Positions 63,863-64,000 of a DNA stretch of 64,000 nt are shown piece by piece (position 1 is the first letter of the stretch; every line of letters begins with the position of its first letter). Below the pieces are notes generated by a model, which saw only the letters and a list, made by a program, of their open reading frames with translations, did no database searches and had not been told where the DNA came from. Both the position numbers and the translations under genes were made by a program. This DNA comes from Rhizophagus irregularis (taxonomy: Eukaryota), in the NCBI RefSeq assembly GCF_026210795.1, contig NC_089433.1, positions 2,108,001 to 2,172,000 of the forward strand, in the 5' to 3' direction.

Positions 63863-64000
63863 GATTTATATATAGTATAACTAATACAATTTATATAAGC
63901 ATTCAAAATAAAAAAAAAATATGTGTTTTTAATCGGACTTCTAGCTGAAATTTTTTATTATTATATACAAAAATAAATATAAAGAATTGGGACTTATCCA

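Overview
AT-rich, repeat-dense eukaryotic DNA. The spliceosomal introns, Crinkler/SAM/F-box-LRR gene families and TE types suggest an arbuscular mycorrhizal fungus of the Rhizophagus type; this is inference. Bases 1-21287 hold decayed DNA transposons (CACTA/EnSpm, MULE/FAR1, hAT) and MITEs. Bases 21288-63286 are one complete ~42 kb integrated element with AG...CT termini, a 5-bp target-site duplication (ACCCT) and ~1.78 kb terminal inverted repeats (TIRs), each ending in a perfect 50-bp palindrome. Its core genes are: an RNA-primed-type family B DNA polymerase; an AEP primase fused to a UL9-like SF2 helicase; a DDE integrase fused to a PD-(D/E)xK nuclease; an A32-like packaging ATPase; a protelomerase-like tyrosine recombinase; a retroelement-type Gag with zinc knuckle; and two retropepsin-like proteases. 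I recognise no reverse transcriptase or jelly-roll capsid. It also carries host-like cargo genes. My working model is an integrating, hairpin-ended linear DNA replicon or virus distinct from canonical Polintons/Mavericks. This copy is degraded by stops, frameshifts and nested TEs. All protein assignments come from motif reading by eye, not database searches.
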